A stretch of 64,000 bases of DNA from the human T2T-CHM13v2.0 reference genome, Homo sapiens. The notes under the pieces are model-generated. The model was given only the letters and a program-made list of their open reading frames with translations. It made no database searches and was not told where the DNA came from. The stretch is from the NCBI RefSeq assembly GCF_009914755.1, contig NC_060930.1; one strand, given 5' to 3'. Below, in pieces: positions 1 to 16,448 of the stretch (positions are counted from its first letter, which is position 1; every line of letters starts with the position of its first letter). Position numbers and translations under genes: made by a program.

Positions 1-814
1 CCTCCCTCAAAATATTTCCTTTTTACTTACCCAGACGTTATACCTTTATAATTATACCACATTGCAAGTTCTAATCTGCAGTCCAGAATTGTATTCTGAT
101 TGATTTTTGTTTTCTAAGATCAGAAATTATTTCTTTCTTAAGTCCTATATCTTCTCAATAGAAGTGTCTGGGTAGTACAGAAGTAGGAAGACTTCACATA
201 TTATTCTATGAAGACCTCAACTCAAAGTTCTTAGAGAAGAACTTATGAAAAAATTATTTAGGATAAACAATAGTAGCAAATTCCTCATTGGATAGTTTTC
301 ATTGGGAAAAAAAAATTATGAAACTTTATCCCCAGTGATAACAAAGGGAAAGGGAAACAGTAGCTATAAATTTGACAATATACTGAAAGTGAAAGTCTAC
401 CAGGAGAATAATAAAGAAGTATCTTCAAGGGATTCCCCAAAGCAGGTGAGTACTGAAGAAAATAAACAGAATTAAAACAGTATTAACTACAAGATGACTA
501 ATTTTCGAAAGAATTTATTTAAAGCAAGACTCTATTACTTTATTTTTAAACATCAATCTTAGGGCAATCTGCAAGTCCTGGTTGGGTTTTCAAGACCACA
601 GTTCTCATGATTTCTTCTACTGACAAATTTAGGGCCAAGCTGTACCACACCCCCACCTCAGGGCAGTTATGATTTGGGACAGATTCTGGGAATATTTCTG
701 GTTCACTGGTACAAAGCTGAAGTGGGTCTAGCTGCTTGAGGCTGCAAAGTGAAATGCTAGTCACCCAAATAATTATACTTTACCGCTATTTCAATAGAGT
801 TATTTTCCTAGAGT

Positions 815-2452
815 TGTAGACCTCAAACTGTGGACCACAGACCCCTTTCTAAGAGTCCCCAAGACTCTTTTAAAAGAGACCTGAAAGGTGAAAACTATTC
901 TTGTAATAATGCTTTTCCCATGTTGACATTTGCACTGAATCAAGGCAGTGGCGACAAAATATAGTTATTGTATTCTTCACTTACAGTTATTGTATTCCTT
1001 ACCCCCCCCCACATACATAAGCATTAAATATAAATAAATATGCATGCTGATCTCACTTATGAATGTTCATGAAGCAGTACAAATTAATTTTATTAAATCT
1101 CAGCCCTAAAAACACATCTTCCTCTGTGTGTCAAAATGGGAAATACATACACACAGCATTTCTGCTGCATATGTAAGTACAATGGTTGTCTCAGAGAAAA
1201 GTACTTGTGTGATTCAGTTGTAAGCTGAACAAGCCACTTTTTTCGTGGAACACCATTTTTCCTGAAAGAACAGCTGATAATCTATAATAATTCGGACTTG
1301 GGTATCGCGCGGGCATTTTTTCAAAAATGAACAAAGTGAGCTTGTCATTTCAAGGAAAGCAATGTTTTCAGTATTTGTTTCCAATGGTTACTAATGACAA
1401 TGCTGAAGGTTTCAAGGGAAAACTCAAATTTTGGAAAATGTATATCCACGTCCATAATCTCAAGAGCTTCCAGCACTTAAAGGCTTGATATGTTGTGAAA
1501 TCAGCAAATGCACTTTTTAAATATTTTTATAATGAAAGATGTCAACATCTGAAAGATCTGTGTAACTCAATGAACTGATATTTTACAAATATCCAATGCA
1601 TTACGGTATAAAATCAAGTTAAAGTACAAAAAAATGCATTAAAGTGGCTTCAGTTTCCACACTGCAAGTAACCTTTAAGAAATACCATTTGTGCTTTGAT
1701 GTAGTACCAAAGAATAATTACGTTATCTGAAAAAGCCATGAAATAGTCCTTCCTTTTATTGTGTGAGGCTAGATTTAATTTGGAAACTTTTTCTATATTA
1801 GGCCAGATAGTAACTATTTTAGGTTTTGTGGCTATAAGGTATCTGTTGCAGCAATTCAGCTCCACCATTATGGTGCAAAGGCAGTCCTAGACAATTCATA
1901 AATAAGTGATGAGCACTGCTGTGTTCTAATACAATTTTTATGGACACTGAAATTTGAATTTCATACAATTTTTAATGTGTAATAAAATATTATTCTTTTC
2001 ATTTCAACAGTTAAAAAGAAAAAATATTCTCAGCTTGTGGGCTAGTCAAAAATGAGCAGTAGGCTGGATCTATCTCACAGGGCTTAGTTTTTAGACCCCT
2101 GGTACACCTCAAACAAAACAACATATCCAACAGACAATGTGGAAGCAAATATGACAATTTCGTTGTCTTCTATTAAGACAGATGTAAAAGAAATTTGCAA
2201 AAATGTAAAATAATGCCACCCCTTTTACAATTTTTTCTTTAATTTTGGAGAATATGGTTATTTTCCTAAAAATATTTATGCCAATAGGTAATGGATTTGT
2301 TATTGCTTTTTTACATAAAGTAAAAACAAAAATTAATCAGTTTTAATTTCTAATAATGTAAGTATTGATAGATTTAACCCATGTAAACAAAGACTCTTGG
2401 GGTCCACAAATTTTAAGAATGCCTAAAGGGGTCTTAAGATTTAAAAGTTTGT
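815..2452 (+). mobile_element. hAT-Charlie (Charlie1-like) DNA transposon remnant, interrupted by a MER58-type element
   Basis: Charlie1-like termini and internal sequence; resembles the reverse complement of the copy at 28810-30275. Confidence 0.65.
1783..2101. mobile_element. MER58B-like hAT non-autonomous element
   Basis: ggccagatagtaactattttaggttttgtggc ... tttatggacactgaaatttgaatttcata ... gacccctg. Confidence 0.7.
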
Positions 2453-4114
2453 TCCACATTGAAATAAACGACGACGACAACAACAACAAAAACCAACCAA
2501 AGAAAAAAAGATTTAAAAGTTTGAAAAATTGCTGTCCTAGAAAATCCAAAAATTGTTTCTGGGATAAATTAGCAAATTACGCATTGCTTCTTTCCTATGT
2601 TCTAGAAACCAAGAGTCTATGGACAACCATTCAGTCTAGAAATAAACTGTACCTCCTTCAACTTTGCTCCAAATAAGTACTCCAACAAAGAGCTTCCTGC
2701 CCACCCACAAATGTTAGTCTTTAAGACTGTATTTTTCCGGAGGCAGGGGTGTAGTTTTACTCTTACCTGATGCAGTGTTCCAACCTAGCCTCCTGCTGGA
2801 ACACTGTGTCAACCCTGCCTCCCTCCTGTGGGTTCTGCTCTGCCCCTGACATCATCAGAGCATCAGGGCTGAAAAAGAAGAGCATGAGCCTAAATTATTC
2901 GTTAAAGTTAACCCCAAAAGGGCTGTTACGCAAAAAGTATTTCCACGTACAAAAGTGTGTCTGAAAGAGACAACCCAGTATGATCACACTGACCTACGGC
3001 TTATTCTACATTTGTTTTAAGTTTGCAAACACTGGAAGAAGTTTCACCTATCTATCCTTTCAAAGAATCTGGAAAGTTCCCCGATTCAATTCAGTACAGT
3101 GTACCTGCTAAACAACCTCTTTCTCAGAGCTTTGTTTTTATTCTAGCTTTGTAACCTACACATCCTAAATTTCTCTTATTTTCTTAGTATTATACTTGAT
3201 ATACTAAAAAATTGTCTCGAAAGTGACTGCTGGCTGTTATTAATCTTACAGAAATATATACACTCCCTTAAAGTCTTACAGTTTAAAACTTATTTTGCTT
3301 TCAAGCAGCAAACAAATCTAGAAAGTTATTCAATAACGATGGTTCAATGTTCCAATCTCAATAACTTTATCAAGGCAAAAATAACTTTTATTTGAAGAGT
3401 ATTATTCTTGTAAGAAAAAAATACGGAAAATGAAAAACAATCGAGTGTTCATGACTTTTACGTCTTCAAGGAAAACTACAAATGTTAACTTTTTCATTCA
3501 TATTTAAAAGACAGGCATAAGCAACGCATATGTAGAAAGATAAAATTTAAGATGTGCTTTGTTTTTTCTTGAATGATATTATATGCATCAAAAAACTAGT
3601 AAGTTCTATTTCCAAAATGAACTCCACTTTTCCCCAACACTTCACAAAATGGAAACTTAGTAAGCAGACCTTATGAGGGTCTATGAAACTTATTCGGTAA
3701 GACTACCTTAAAAGGGGGTCTATGTAGAAAACTAATTGTTTTCAATTAAAACCAAAGGTTTAAAAAAATCAAAGTAAAAATGTGTCCAACAAGATTTGAA
3801 AAGAAACAAAATATTCACCCAAAATTCTTATTAAACTGAACTTGCTGAGTTTTTACAGTATTTATCAACATTTGACAGTACTGCTCAACATCTGACTCAA
3901 TTATTATAGTTCAAAGAATATTACCTACAATATATAGGAGGTTCCTATTATCCAAAGATAGCTAAACATGGGAAAAAATCCATTTAAAGTTAATCCATTC
4001 AAAATAAATACTAAAATTCCATAAAGAGGAAAACAGTTAATTGGAGCTTTGTCTTAAAAATCTACAGAGAAAATAGTGGAAATGGAGTATAAAGAACAAA
4101 GAATGAAAGAAAAA

Positions 4115-4487
<373 letters not shown>

Positions 4488-4740
4488 CTAATTGAGTCAG
4501 TGAACATTTACTGAGGGTCTATAGGGTTCCAGGCTCTCAAGATCCAGTACTGAACAAGACAAGGGTACCATTCCCATGGAGTTCTCTAACAGAGGAAGAC
4601 AGAGATGTTCATCTTTCATTCACTTTCGACTTTCATAGCACAATTGCAAAGGAAAAAGGTCACTTCTACAAAAAATAATTATGAGTATCATTAATTACTC
4701 CCAAGGACACTTACTAATCCGCTGAATTTGAAATCATAAT

Positions 4741-4890
4741 CTTTTTTTTTAGAGACAGGGTCTCGCTTTGTCACCCAGGCTAAAGTGCAGTGGTGAGATC
4801 ATAGCTTACTGTAACCTCGAACTCCTAGCCTCAAGTGATCCTCCCACCTTGGCCTACCAAAGCGCTTCTGGGAGCCACTGTGCCTGACCA
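4741..4890 (-). mobile_element. FLAM / Alu monomer
   Basis: Monomer length; TSD-like CATAATCTTTT on both sides. Confidence 0.8.
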
Positions 4891-5464
4891 AAACCATAAT
4901 CTTTTAAAGCTCCTACTATTGCTATCACCCTCATAGAGTTTTTGCCCTTCAAGTATTATCTGCCCTTGCTTGTCAATGTCTTTGTCAGGATTTGAGTTCT
5001 ATTTATTTTGACCAATTTCATTAAATGGTGTATCTTTACTAATATCTGTAATTCAACTGTACTGATTTATCAGATACAACAGCCAAATATCTGGAAAGAA
5101 ATGACACACGACAGAGAGAGACGGCAGGGTGGGGGGGGAGACAAACAGGGACAGAGTATGTTTGGGGGGGGGTAGAGGTGGGAGGTAATTTCTTAATTAG
5201 AAAGCTAATGACAAGCATTAGTGCGTATTTTCATTATTTTTTCCTCTGCAACTAAGGGTATCTGAATAATGAATTTTCAAAAACAAAGATTCTAGGTTAT
5301 TTGTACAAAACAAAGATATACATATAAGCATGTTCACTGCAGCAGTGTTTTAAAGATAAAGCCAGAAAACAACCCCAAAATCCATCAATAAGAAACTGGT
5401 TAAATTAAGGTACATCACATTATGGAATACCTTGAATCATAAATGTGATAGCTCTATATATTAT

Positions 5465-5813
5465 TCTATTAGTCCATTTTCACATTGCTGACAAAGACAT
5501 ACCAAGACTGGGCAATTTACAAAAGAAAGAGGTTTAATGGACTTACAGTTCCACATGGCTGGGGAGGCTTCACAATCATGGTGGAAGGCAAGGAGGAGCA
5601 AGTCACATCTTACATGGATGGCAGGAGGCAAAGAGAGAGCTTGTGCAGGGAAACTCCCCTTATAATACCATCAGATCTCATGAGACTATTTACTATCATG
5701 AGAAAGCATGGGAAAGACCTGCCCCCATGATTCAATTACCTCCCACCGGGTCCCTCCCACAAACATAAGAATTCAAGATGAGATTTGGGTGGGGACACAG
5801 CCAAACCATATCA
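5465..5813 (-). mobile_element. THE1 (MaLR) solo LTR, sense to REPS1, intron 8
   Basis: Reverse complement begins TGATATGGTTTGGCTGTGTCCCCACCCAAATCTC; 5-bp TSD ATTAT (5460-5464 / 5814-5818). Confidence 0.92.
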
Positions 5814-7391
5814 ATTATAAAGTATAAAGATGTCCAACATTATAAGAAAAAAACAATGAAGGATGTATAGTATGATTGCGTCTGTATAAACACCAATACC
5901 TGTGTGTAGGTTTTTATATATATGTTAAAAATTTCTGGATGAATATAAGAGAAACTCTTAACAGTGATTTACTTGCACCAAGGTAATCTCAAATCTGAAT
6001 TTATGTGGATTTCTAGTAAACTCTTCATGGAAAGTCTTCATGTGCCTTCTCTTCTCTGGCTTAAAAAAAATTCGTGTTGGAAGTACTTCTCAGAGTTTGT
6101 AGATCCATGCAACGCACCCTAACAATGAAACATGTGCCCAAATCTACTGTGTAAAGTAGGGATCATGCAGAAGGAGATGGAGACAGGGAAGCACACATCC
6201 CTTTCCTTCTTTCAGCATCTCAGAGACTGCTGAGTTGCACATGTGAGCAGTGTGGTGTAAAGGTAGAAAACAGTTAAAAATCATTGGCTCAGTCATTTAA
6301 TCATTTCAACAATGTGAATGTCTGTCTATTCCTGTACTCAATTTGCACCTTGCTAGGCACTGAGATATAATGAACAAAAGTGATCCAGTTCCTACCTTCC
6401 TAGAAGGCTCTAGTCTGAGAGAAAGATATGTATCAAACAACCACAGAAGTACATGTAAAATTGCAACTGTGCTTTGCAAAGGAGAAGATTCTTTAGATAT
6501 TAAAATGTAGAGTACCTCAACGTGTTTGTAGCAGGTCATCTTAATCTTTTTTTTTTTTTAAAGAAGACAAACATTCTTAAAAAGCTAAATATTCTTTAAT
6601 TCAGCTTCAGAAAGCTCTTTCTGCAGATGAATTTTTGTATGCTTTCTTTTGTAAAACAACAAAAATCAAGTCTCCCTTTCTATTTTAGCTGTTAAATTCA
6701 GTGCTGATGTTATTAAATATTCTAATTCAGGTCGACAGAAGTACTTCTGCCTATGAACCTTAGTAGTTCTATTTTATCTATGCATACCTGTTCAAGCAAT
6801 TTTGGAAAAAATGCACATTTACCCCAACCATGTTTGCATGCCTATAGAAAGCCTAGCATGTTACTCCAAGGAGCTGTAACTCAAATGACCACTGCTCATC
6901 ATCTATTTGCTTCTTAAGAGTTAAACTTTAAGTATAGAATATTTGTGGAACTAATGTTTCAGTATGTTCCAACATCATAAACCTAGGGTAACAAATCGCT
7001 GTATTTTCAAAGGTAGAAAAACGTCAAGAAAAATATCTTCCTTTGAAAATGGCACACATGTAGAATTAATTCATCCAATATTAGTGCAGTGCCTGGCAAA
7101 GTTGTATGTTTTGAGCATACTACAATAAATAGGATACATTTCCCTTGTTTCAAGGAATTCAGAGTACAGTGATGGGGGAAAAAAAACAAAACAGGATTTA
7201 GTGTGGTATGTTTCAGTAATTAGCATGTAGAAAATGCTATGAGAGATCAGAAATGAGAGAAACCACCTCTGCCTATAGTCAGAAAGGCTCCACAGAGGAA
7301 TATTTACAATAAATTCTAATGTCAGCCGAAAGAAACTATTTGAGTATTATCCTCTTAACCGTGACCTTTTAAAAACACAGCTATTTTTATA

Positions 7392-7583
<192 letters not shown>

Positions 7584-9005
7584 TGACAGACCCACAGTGT
7601 CACAAGACAATTTCTATACTCAAAGGACCTTTTGTCATGTGAATCTCAGGTTTATGATAGGTGGAAGAAAAATGATAAGTTATATTACATCACCCCAGAA
7701 TCAACAGAATACCAAAATATATCATTTGTAAATATGAAAAGCAGATTTGAATGTAATATAATACCGTGTGATCCAAATGTTTACAACAAATTTGGTCAGA
7801 AAACCATATGCTGTGAGGGGGGAAAAAACTATCTGGGTCTGTGATACTTTTAAAATTATATTTAGAGCAACAGTGCACAGATATACACAGGCAATAAAAT
7901 CAGTCTGTCTTTGTTAAACAGATCTAACAGGTGTAAAATTAGACAAAAAGATAAATGCCCAGAAAAAAATTTCTTCCTGAACCATCAACCTTATAGATCC
8001 AATTTACAAAGAACTTGTTTTTTATTTAAATTAAAGGAAAAATTAAATATATGCAAAAGCCAGATTCACTGACAAATATAACAGACGACAGAATTAGACA
8101 AGCCTCTACAAAATCACCTACAAGAGATTAAACTTCATTTAAATTAGTTTCTTGTATTATTGTGCTGTCGGTTTTCAAAGGCTTGAAGTCATATAAAAGC
8201 TCTAGGTCCAAGTCCAATTTCTAAATCAATGACACTGAAAGTGTGAAGTTACCACATGTTCTTCTCTTTTGGTTACTATCATAGGTGTTTAACAAAGAAG
8301 TTGTTTTTATTTCTTAAGTAGGTAAATTAAAGTACTTTGAATCAAAATTACCTAATAAAGATACTAAGCTTTCAGCTCAAGTCAGAGGCTGACGCTTCAC
8401 AACTGAAATGATCCCAAAATCCTAGGATTATCATAGAAAAATGTGCTTAAGAAATTAAAATCAATGCCATATTTTTACAATCAACCTATTCGTTGATAAA
8501 AGGTCAGTGTACAATTCAGGTCCTGAAATGTGAATGGCATCAAATCCACATTTCAGGTGGAGAAACAGAAGGGAAAAATACAGTAAATGATTAGAACTTG
8601 CCCAGGGTCACAGATTAAATTAGCAAAACTAGAAGCACATTCAGATTACTGACTCCAAGGAGACTGTTCTCTTTTGTGACAGTAATTTCATGCATCTGAT
8701 TCCTTCTGCGTAATTTAGACAACTAAGTCAGACCATGTATATTTTTAGGTTAAAGAGATGCTGCCTGATAGATAAATGCCCACTTGAGACCCAAATTCTA
8801 TTTGAACTTCCCTTTTAAAAGTATAAAATTCTTTCCATCATCATATACAAATGAGAGTATAGATGGAAACACTGAAGACAATAATTTATTTTAATTAGGC
8901 TCATTAAGAATTAAACATTAGGTTTCCTTTTATTCATTCAGAATTTAAGAAAAATTTACTAATTTTTAGCCCTTGATATTCTTTTTCTTTTTAAAGAAAG
9001 GTCCA

Positions 9006-9354
<349 letters not shown>

Positions 9355-9861
9355 TTAGCATTCTTGTTAACAACACAGCATTCTCTAAAATCATACACAG
9401 AAAGTCCAGATTTCTTTAGAGTCTGCAGGAGAGAGCTTGGTATTTTAAAGAAAAATACTTACAACTATAAAGGTCTAATGATGAACCAAGTAATTTCCCT
9501 TCAACAAATTAAGATGTATTAAAGAGAAAAATGTTTATAATGAAGATGGGTTACTCTACCCACTCGAGACAATATATATCACAATTAAAGGATGGCAAAA
9601 TAACAAGACACTGAAATGCTCTTCAAATCTCGGCAAGTCACAAATACAAAGGTAAAATAGTGGTATATATTACTCATCTTTATTTTTAAAAATAGACTGA
9701 ATAAGACAAATTCAAGCTTGGCCCATACATCCTATTCTGATGACAAATCTATGTACACTTGATGAAATATCTAAGCTATTAAGCTAAGGTTAACCTCTAT
9801 CTTGATTTTTCTTTCAGAATCAAGCATTATGTTTATCAAGGCATGCAAACAGCTCTCTTCA

Positions 9862-10080
<219 letters not shown>

Positions 10081-10354
10081 TTATTTCTCAAAAAGAAGCA
10101 AGAGAAATATTTTCCATGAGAAAGTGCAAGAACTCAGTAATTATAAAAATCCCATACACAGAAAGATGTGTAATATAGCAAATGTAGCAAAATGTTACCT
10201 CCAGAATCTAGGTGGTAGTATATGAATGCTTATGGTACTCTTCTTTAAGCTTTCCTGTGTGTTTGAAATTCTCTAAAAAGCAGCCCCAATAATTAAGGTC
10301 ACCAAAAAGAATGACCTATAATTCACATGCATTTTTAGAAGGCATACGTAATAA

Positions 10355-10685
<331 letters not shown>

Positions 10686-10984
10686 GACATGTACGTACTT
10701 TAAATCACTAAGTAGAACTGCAAGGCTTAAAACAGAAATACAGCCACTCCACCTTGCTGTCTATGCCCTTTCCTAGATACAGACAACCACTTTTGTCTTT
10801 ATTGCCTTAAACTATAAATAGCATGCATATATTACTAGTTTTTGAGTTTTCAGTTTTAGGTGTTATCTACCTACCTTGTACTACAGCACTCTATGCTACC
10901 AAAAACCTATTAAAAATGATTTAGAATATAGAGAAATAACATTGATACACACTGGAATTAACATTTATGTTTATCTGATAATCG

Positions 10985-11607
<623 letters not shown>

Positions 11608-12052
11608 TAATTTGTGATTACACTTTGTGTTCTAATAGCCAATTCGAACCATATTCCAACACAGCTATTCTTAAGTCTCTGGTTAAATGGAAGCTAACAC
11701 CATTCCTAAACTTATGGCATGGTATAGGACTTACTAAACTTGATAAAAAACCAATGGGATAAATATAACCATGTATGTGCAAACTAACTTTTATCTCATA
11801 CATTATGCTAGCAACAAAAAAACAGCTGATACAGCTTAAAGAATTTTAGCTCTTTACAAAGAACTACTGTATCAGTATCACTTATTTCTTTTCTGCAGAA
11901 TAAGAGAGAAGCTGGCTATTGTAAGGCAATACTGAGTTCTTTGACAGCATTCTTGAAGGGGTTAGTTGTTTATTTTTTAAGGCTCTAAAATCTATCTGCT
12001 AGAAACTCCTTGGAAGCAACCCAGTTACCCAACTAATGATATACCACACTTA

Positions 12053-12157
<105 letters not shown>

Positions 12158-12271
12158 TTACGGATCCACGAACAGAATGTAAGAGTCTTAGACTTTTTTA
12201 ACTGGGAAAAGATATTTTTAATATGTGAATATGTCATGTTTTTGGCCCCCAGTGATTATAAATTCTTTTTA

Positions 12272-12577
<306 letters not shown>

Positions 12578-13035
12578 TCAGTACAATATCTACCTACATG
12601 ATTATATGGACCAAGATTGCTAGGTTATTTATCTTTGAAAGTAAAACTTGCTTTTTGTGTATATTTAAAATGTAAAACCACATATCTGTTACAGTCAGAT
12701 TATTGGATATGTTTTTGCACAATGATTATAGAAACGAGTAGAATGACAGCAATTATGTAAGCAACAGAAAGTTATGAAAATGTGCTAAGAAAGCCAAGCA
12801 AATATATTTCCAGATGCAGAAACCTTTCAAAACTTCACTAGGGAATCAGAAACAGAAATAAAATCAGCTGAAACATTCCAATGATAACAGATTTGAAATG
12901 CACAGAGCAGAATTTTGCTTTTAAATAAATGAGTGGATTTGCATTTATAAAATCTGCAACAGCAAAATATAAAAACAACGACTGGAGCAATACTCTGAAT
13001 GAAGCAAATAAAAATGCAATACCAATAAAATGTCA

Positions 13036-13287
<252 letters not shown>

Positions 13288-13627
13288 TTAGAAATTATAC
13301 CTCATTTAAATATCTTCAATTATTTTGTGCTCTCCTTGTCAATAAAATGTATGTAATATATACATAATATTCTGGGAAATAATTATTCATTTTACCTTTA
13401 GAGAATCTGGTATCCATAAACTTGTCTAAACATCACAGATACACATAAATGCAATTACCACTTTTCAAAGCAATGTATCCACTTACAAATTTCCATAGTT
13501 GGTTTTTGCTTCTATTTAACTTAAACTTACAATTAAAAACTATCTGGGAGGCAACTCCTGAAGGAATATTATCAAGTTTCCTTCAATTTACAACCCTAAA
13601 TAATTGTTACTTTCAAAAAATCTCTAA

Positions 13628-13747
13628 GCCAGGTTCTGTGGCACAAGCCTATAATCCCCACCTACTCAGGAGGCTGAGGCAGGAGGATCATTTGAACCCA
13701 GGAGTGCAAGACCAGCCTGGGCAACACAATGACACTCTAATCAATCA
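13628..13747 (+). mobile_element. FLAM / Alu monomer in intron 4, abutting the exon 4 donor
   Basis: gcctataatcccac...gaggctgaggcaggaggatcatttgaacccaggagtgcaagaccagcctgggcaaca; TSD-like AATCTCTAA. Confidence 0.85.
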
Positions 13748-13754
13748 ATCTCTA

Positions 13755-13913
<159 letters not shown>

Positions 13914-14026
13914 CTAGAAAAGAATATTATTTTAAAATTTTAACTTTAAGGAGACATTTTAATTATTAAGCTACCAATAAGAGCCTTAGTGAAGCATTTG
14001 CACAGGGCATCAACTGCTAATATTTA

Positions 14027-14398
<372 letters not shown>

Positions 14399-15413
14399 TT
14401 ACATTATTTAGGGAGACTCTTATCTAGAAAGAAGTAATAAAACCAAATTGTCCTTCTAATGAGTGATAACAATGGCTACATCAAATGTCTACGTATGTTT
14501 GGCCCTATACTTGCCACTGAATATTTATTTCACCTCGTAACCACAGTACCCCTGCAAAGCTCCTATTTACAGATAAGAAAACTGAGGCTCCATGATGCCA
14601 AGGTCATGCTTGTAGTAACTGACAGTTAAGATATAAACCTAGATCAGTCAGACCCCAAAGCCTAGGCTGCTTCTACTCACACCGGGTCTTTAAAGTAAGA
14701 TTTTAGACCTCTAAGTAAAACACAGAATATGTCACTAAGTCTGAGACTAGATTTAGAAATTTTCATGGCAGAAATTCTTAAAAATACCTTATTGTTCACC
14801 CCCCAAAAATATGGTACAGAGTATTCTATCTATCCACTGTAGTCTGGCTTATGTTTCTCCTACAGCCAGATATTCTACATTCAATTTTAAATAGAGGAGA
14901 AAGATGAAGGACTGAGAAACTGTTTGCAGGTAAATAAGTGATACTTTTAGACCAGAAAAAATACAGCTACAAAATCATTTCAGAGGAAAGCGTACTTACC
15001 TCCATTACATGATTACTTTCGTCTCTGTTTAGAACCTCCACATGAAGGAAGGAAACTATTAAGCTTATTCAATATACATGTAAAAGAATTCAAAATTACC
15101 TGAAAAGAATGTAAACTCCCAACACTAGAAGAATGATGTGTGGCAAACTAGAGGTCCACAATGAAAACCTCTACCGACCAATAAACTAAACTGGTACTTA
15201 AAACTATTTCTACAAATTCTGATATTTACAGAATTTTACAGAAATTTTTCTGTACAGATTATTTTTAAAATCTTAATTTTTCTCTTTCCCCTTTACTCTA
15301 TGAAAATGAAAGAACCCTCTGCATTTAAGTGCCTTTCTTTATAGAATTTCTATCTTCTTTCACATCAACAAGCCTCTAAATACTTGAAAAACAAATTATC
15401 TGATGTAACACTT

Positions 15414-15577
15414 TGATATGGTTTGACTCTGTGTTCCCACCCAAATCTCATCTTGAATTGTAATTCCCACATGGGAGGTGATTAGATCATGGGGGCGGTT
15501 CCCCCATGCTGCTCTTGTGATAGTGAGCAAGTTCTCATGAGATCTGATGGTTTAAATGTCTGTGGCTATTCCCCCTT

Positions 15578-15613
<36 letters not shown>

Positions 15614-15778
15614 GTGGCCACATAAGATGTGCCTTGCTTTCCATTTACGTTCTGCCACGATTGTAGGTTTCCTGTGGCCTCCCGAGCTATGCAGAAGTGA
15701 GTCAATTAAACCTCTCTTGTTTATACATTACCCAGTCTCAGGGATTTCTTTATAGCAGTGTTAAAATGGACTAATACA
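15414..15778 (+). mobile_element. MSTA/THE1-like MaLR solo LTR with internal (CT)n
   Basis: TGATATGGTTTG...GACTAATACA; near-TSD CACTT/AACTT; (CT)n at about 15579-15611. Confidence 0.88.
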
Positions 15779-16307
15779 AACTTGTAATGTGGTCAGATGT
15801 CTATAACTAGATTTTAGTCTGCCAATATTTTAATATTGTCTCTTATCGATCAAAAAGTTTAGGTTAACTGTTACTTCTTAATTTCAACTGAAGCCTCCAC
15901 AGCCTTCCCAAACAAACAAACAAACAAAAATACAAAGTATAATGTTGTTTTATTGGAAATGAAGAACACAGGGACGCTATACATGAAGATGGTCGCTGTA
16001 ATTTATCATTTACCTTAATAAAACTATTCGCCTAAAATATTTCTAAACAACTTTTGGTAAATTAATTCTTAAAAAATTGCCATTTGAACAGTACATATAG
16101 TCAAATACAGATGAAGTACATATACTATGCCGTAATACAGGTCAGACATATTTTTCTAGTATTTTCAAGTGAGAAATGCAAGGTAGTGGGAATAAAGTCA
16201 CGACACTTCACTCAAGGTCACAAATGCCACTATAAGATCAGAAAGACACAAGAGTTCTATTGACTTGACTTCATTTGTAATAGAAGCCTATTTTCTTTCG
16301 GTTACTA

Positions 16308-16448
<141 letters not shown>

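Noticed and set aside
31-167. Possible cryptic exon (donor TGG|GTAAGT near 30, acceptor ACTACCCAG near 168)
   Set aside because: Interrupted pyrimidine tract, AT-rich body and window edge; too weak without data
2767-2868. C/D-box snoRNA (TGATGA present)
   Set aside because: No suitably placed downstream CTGA D box or terminal stem
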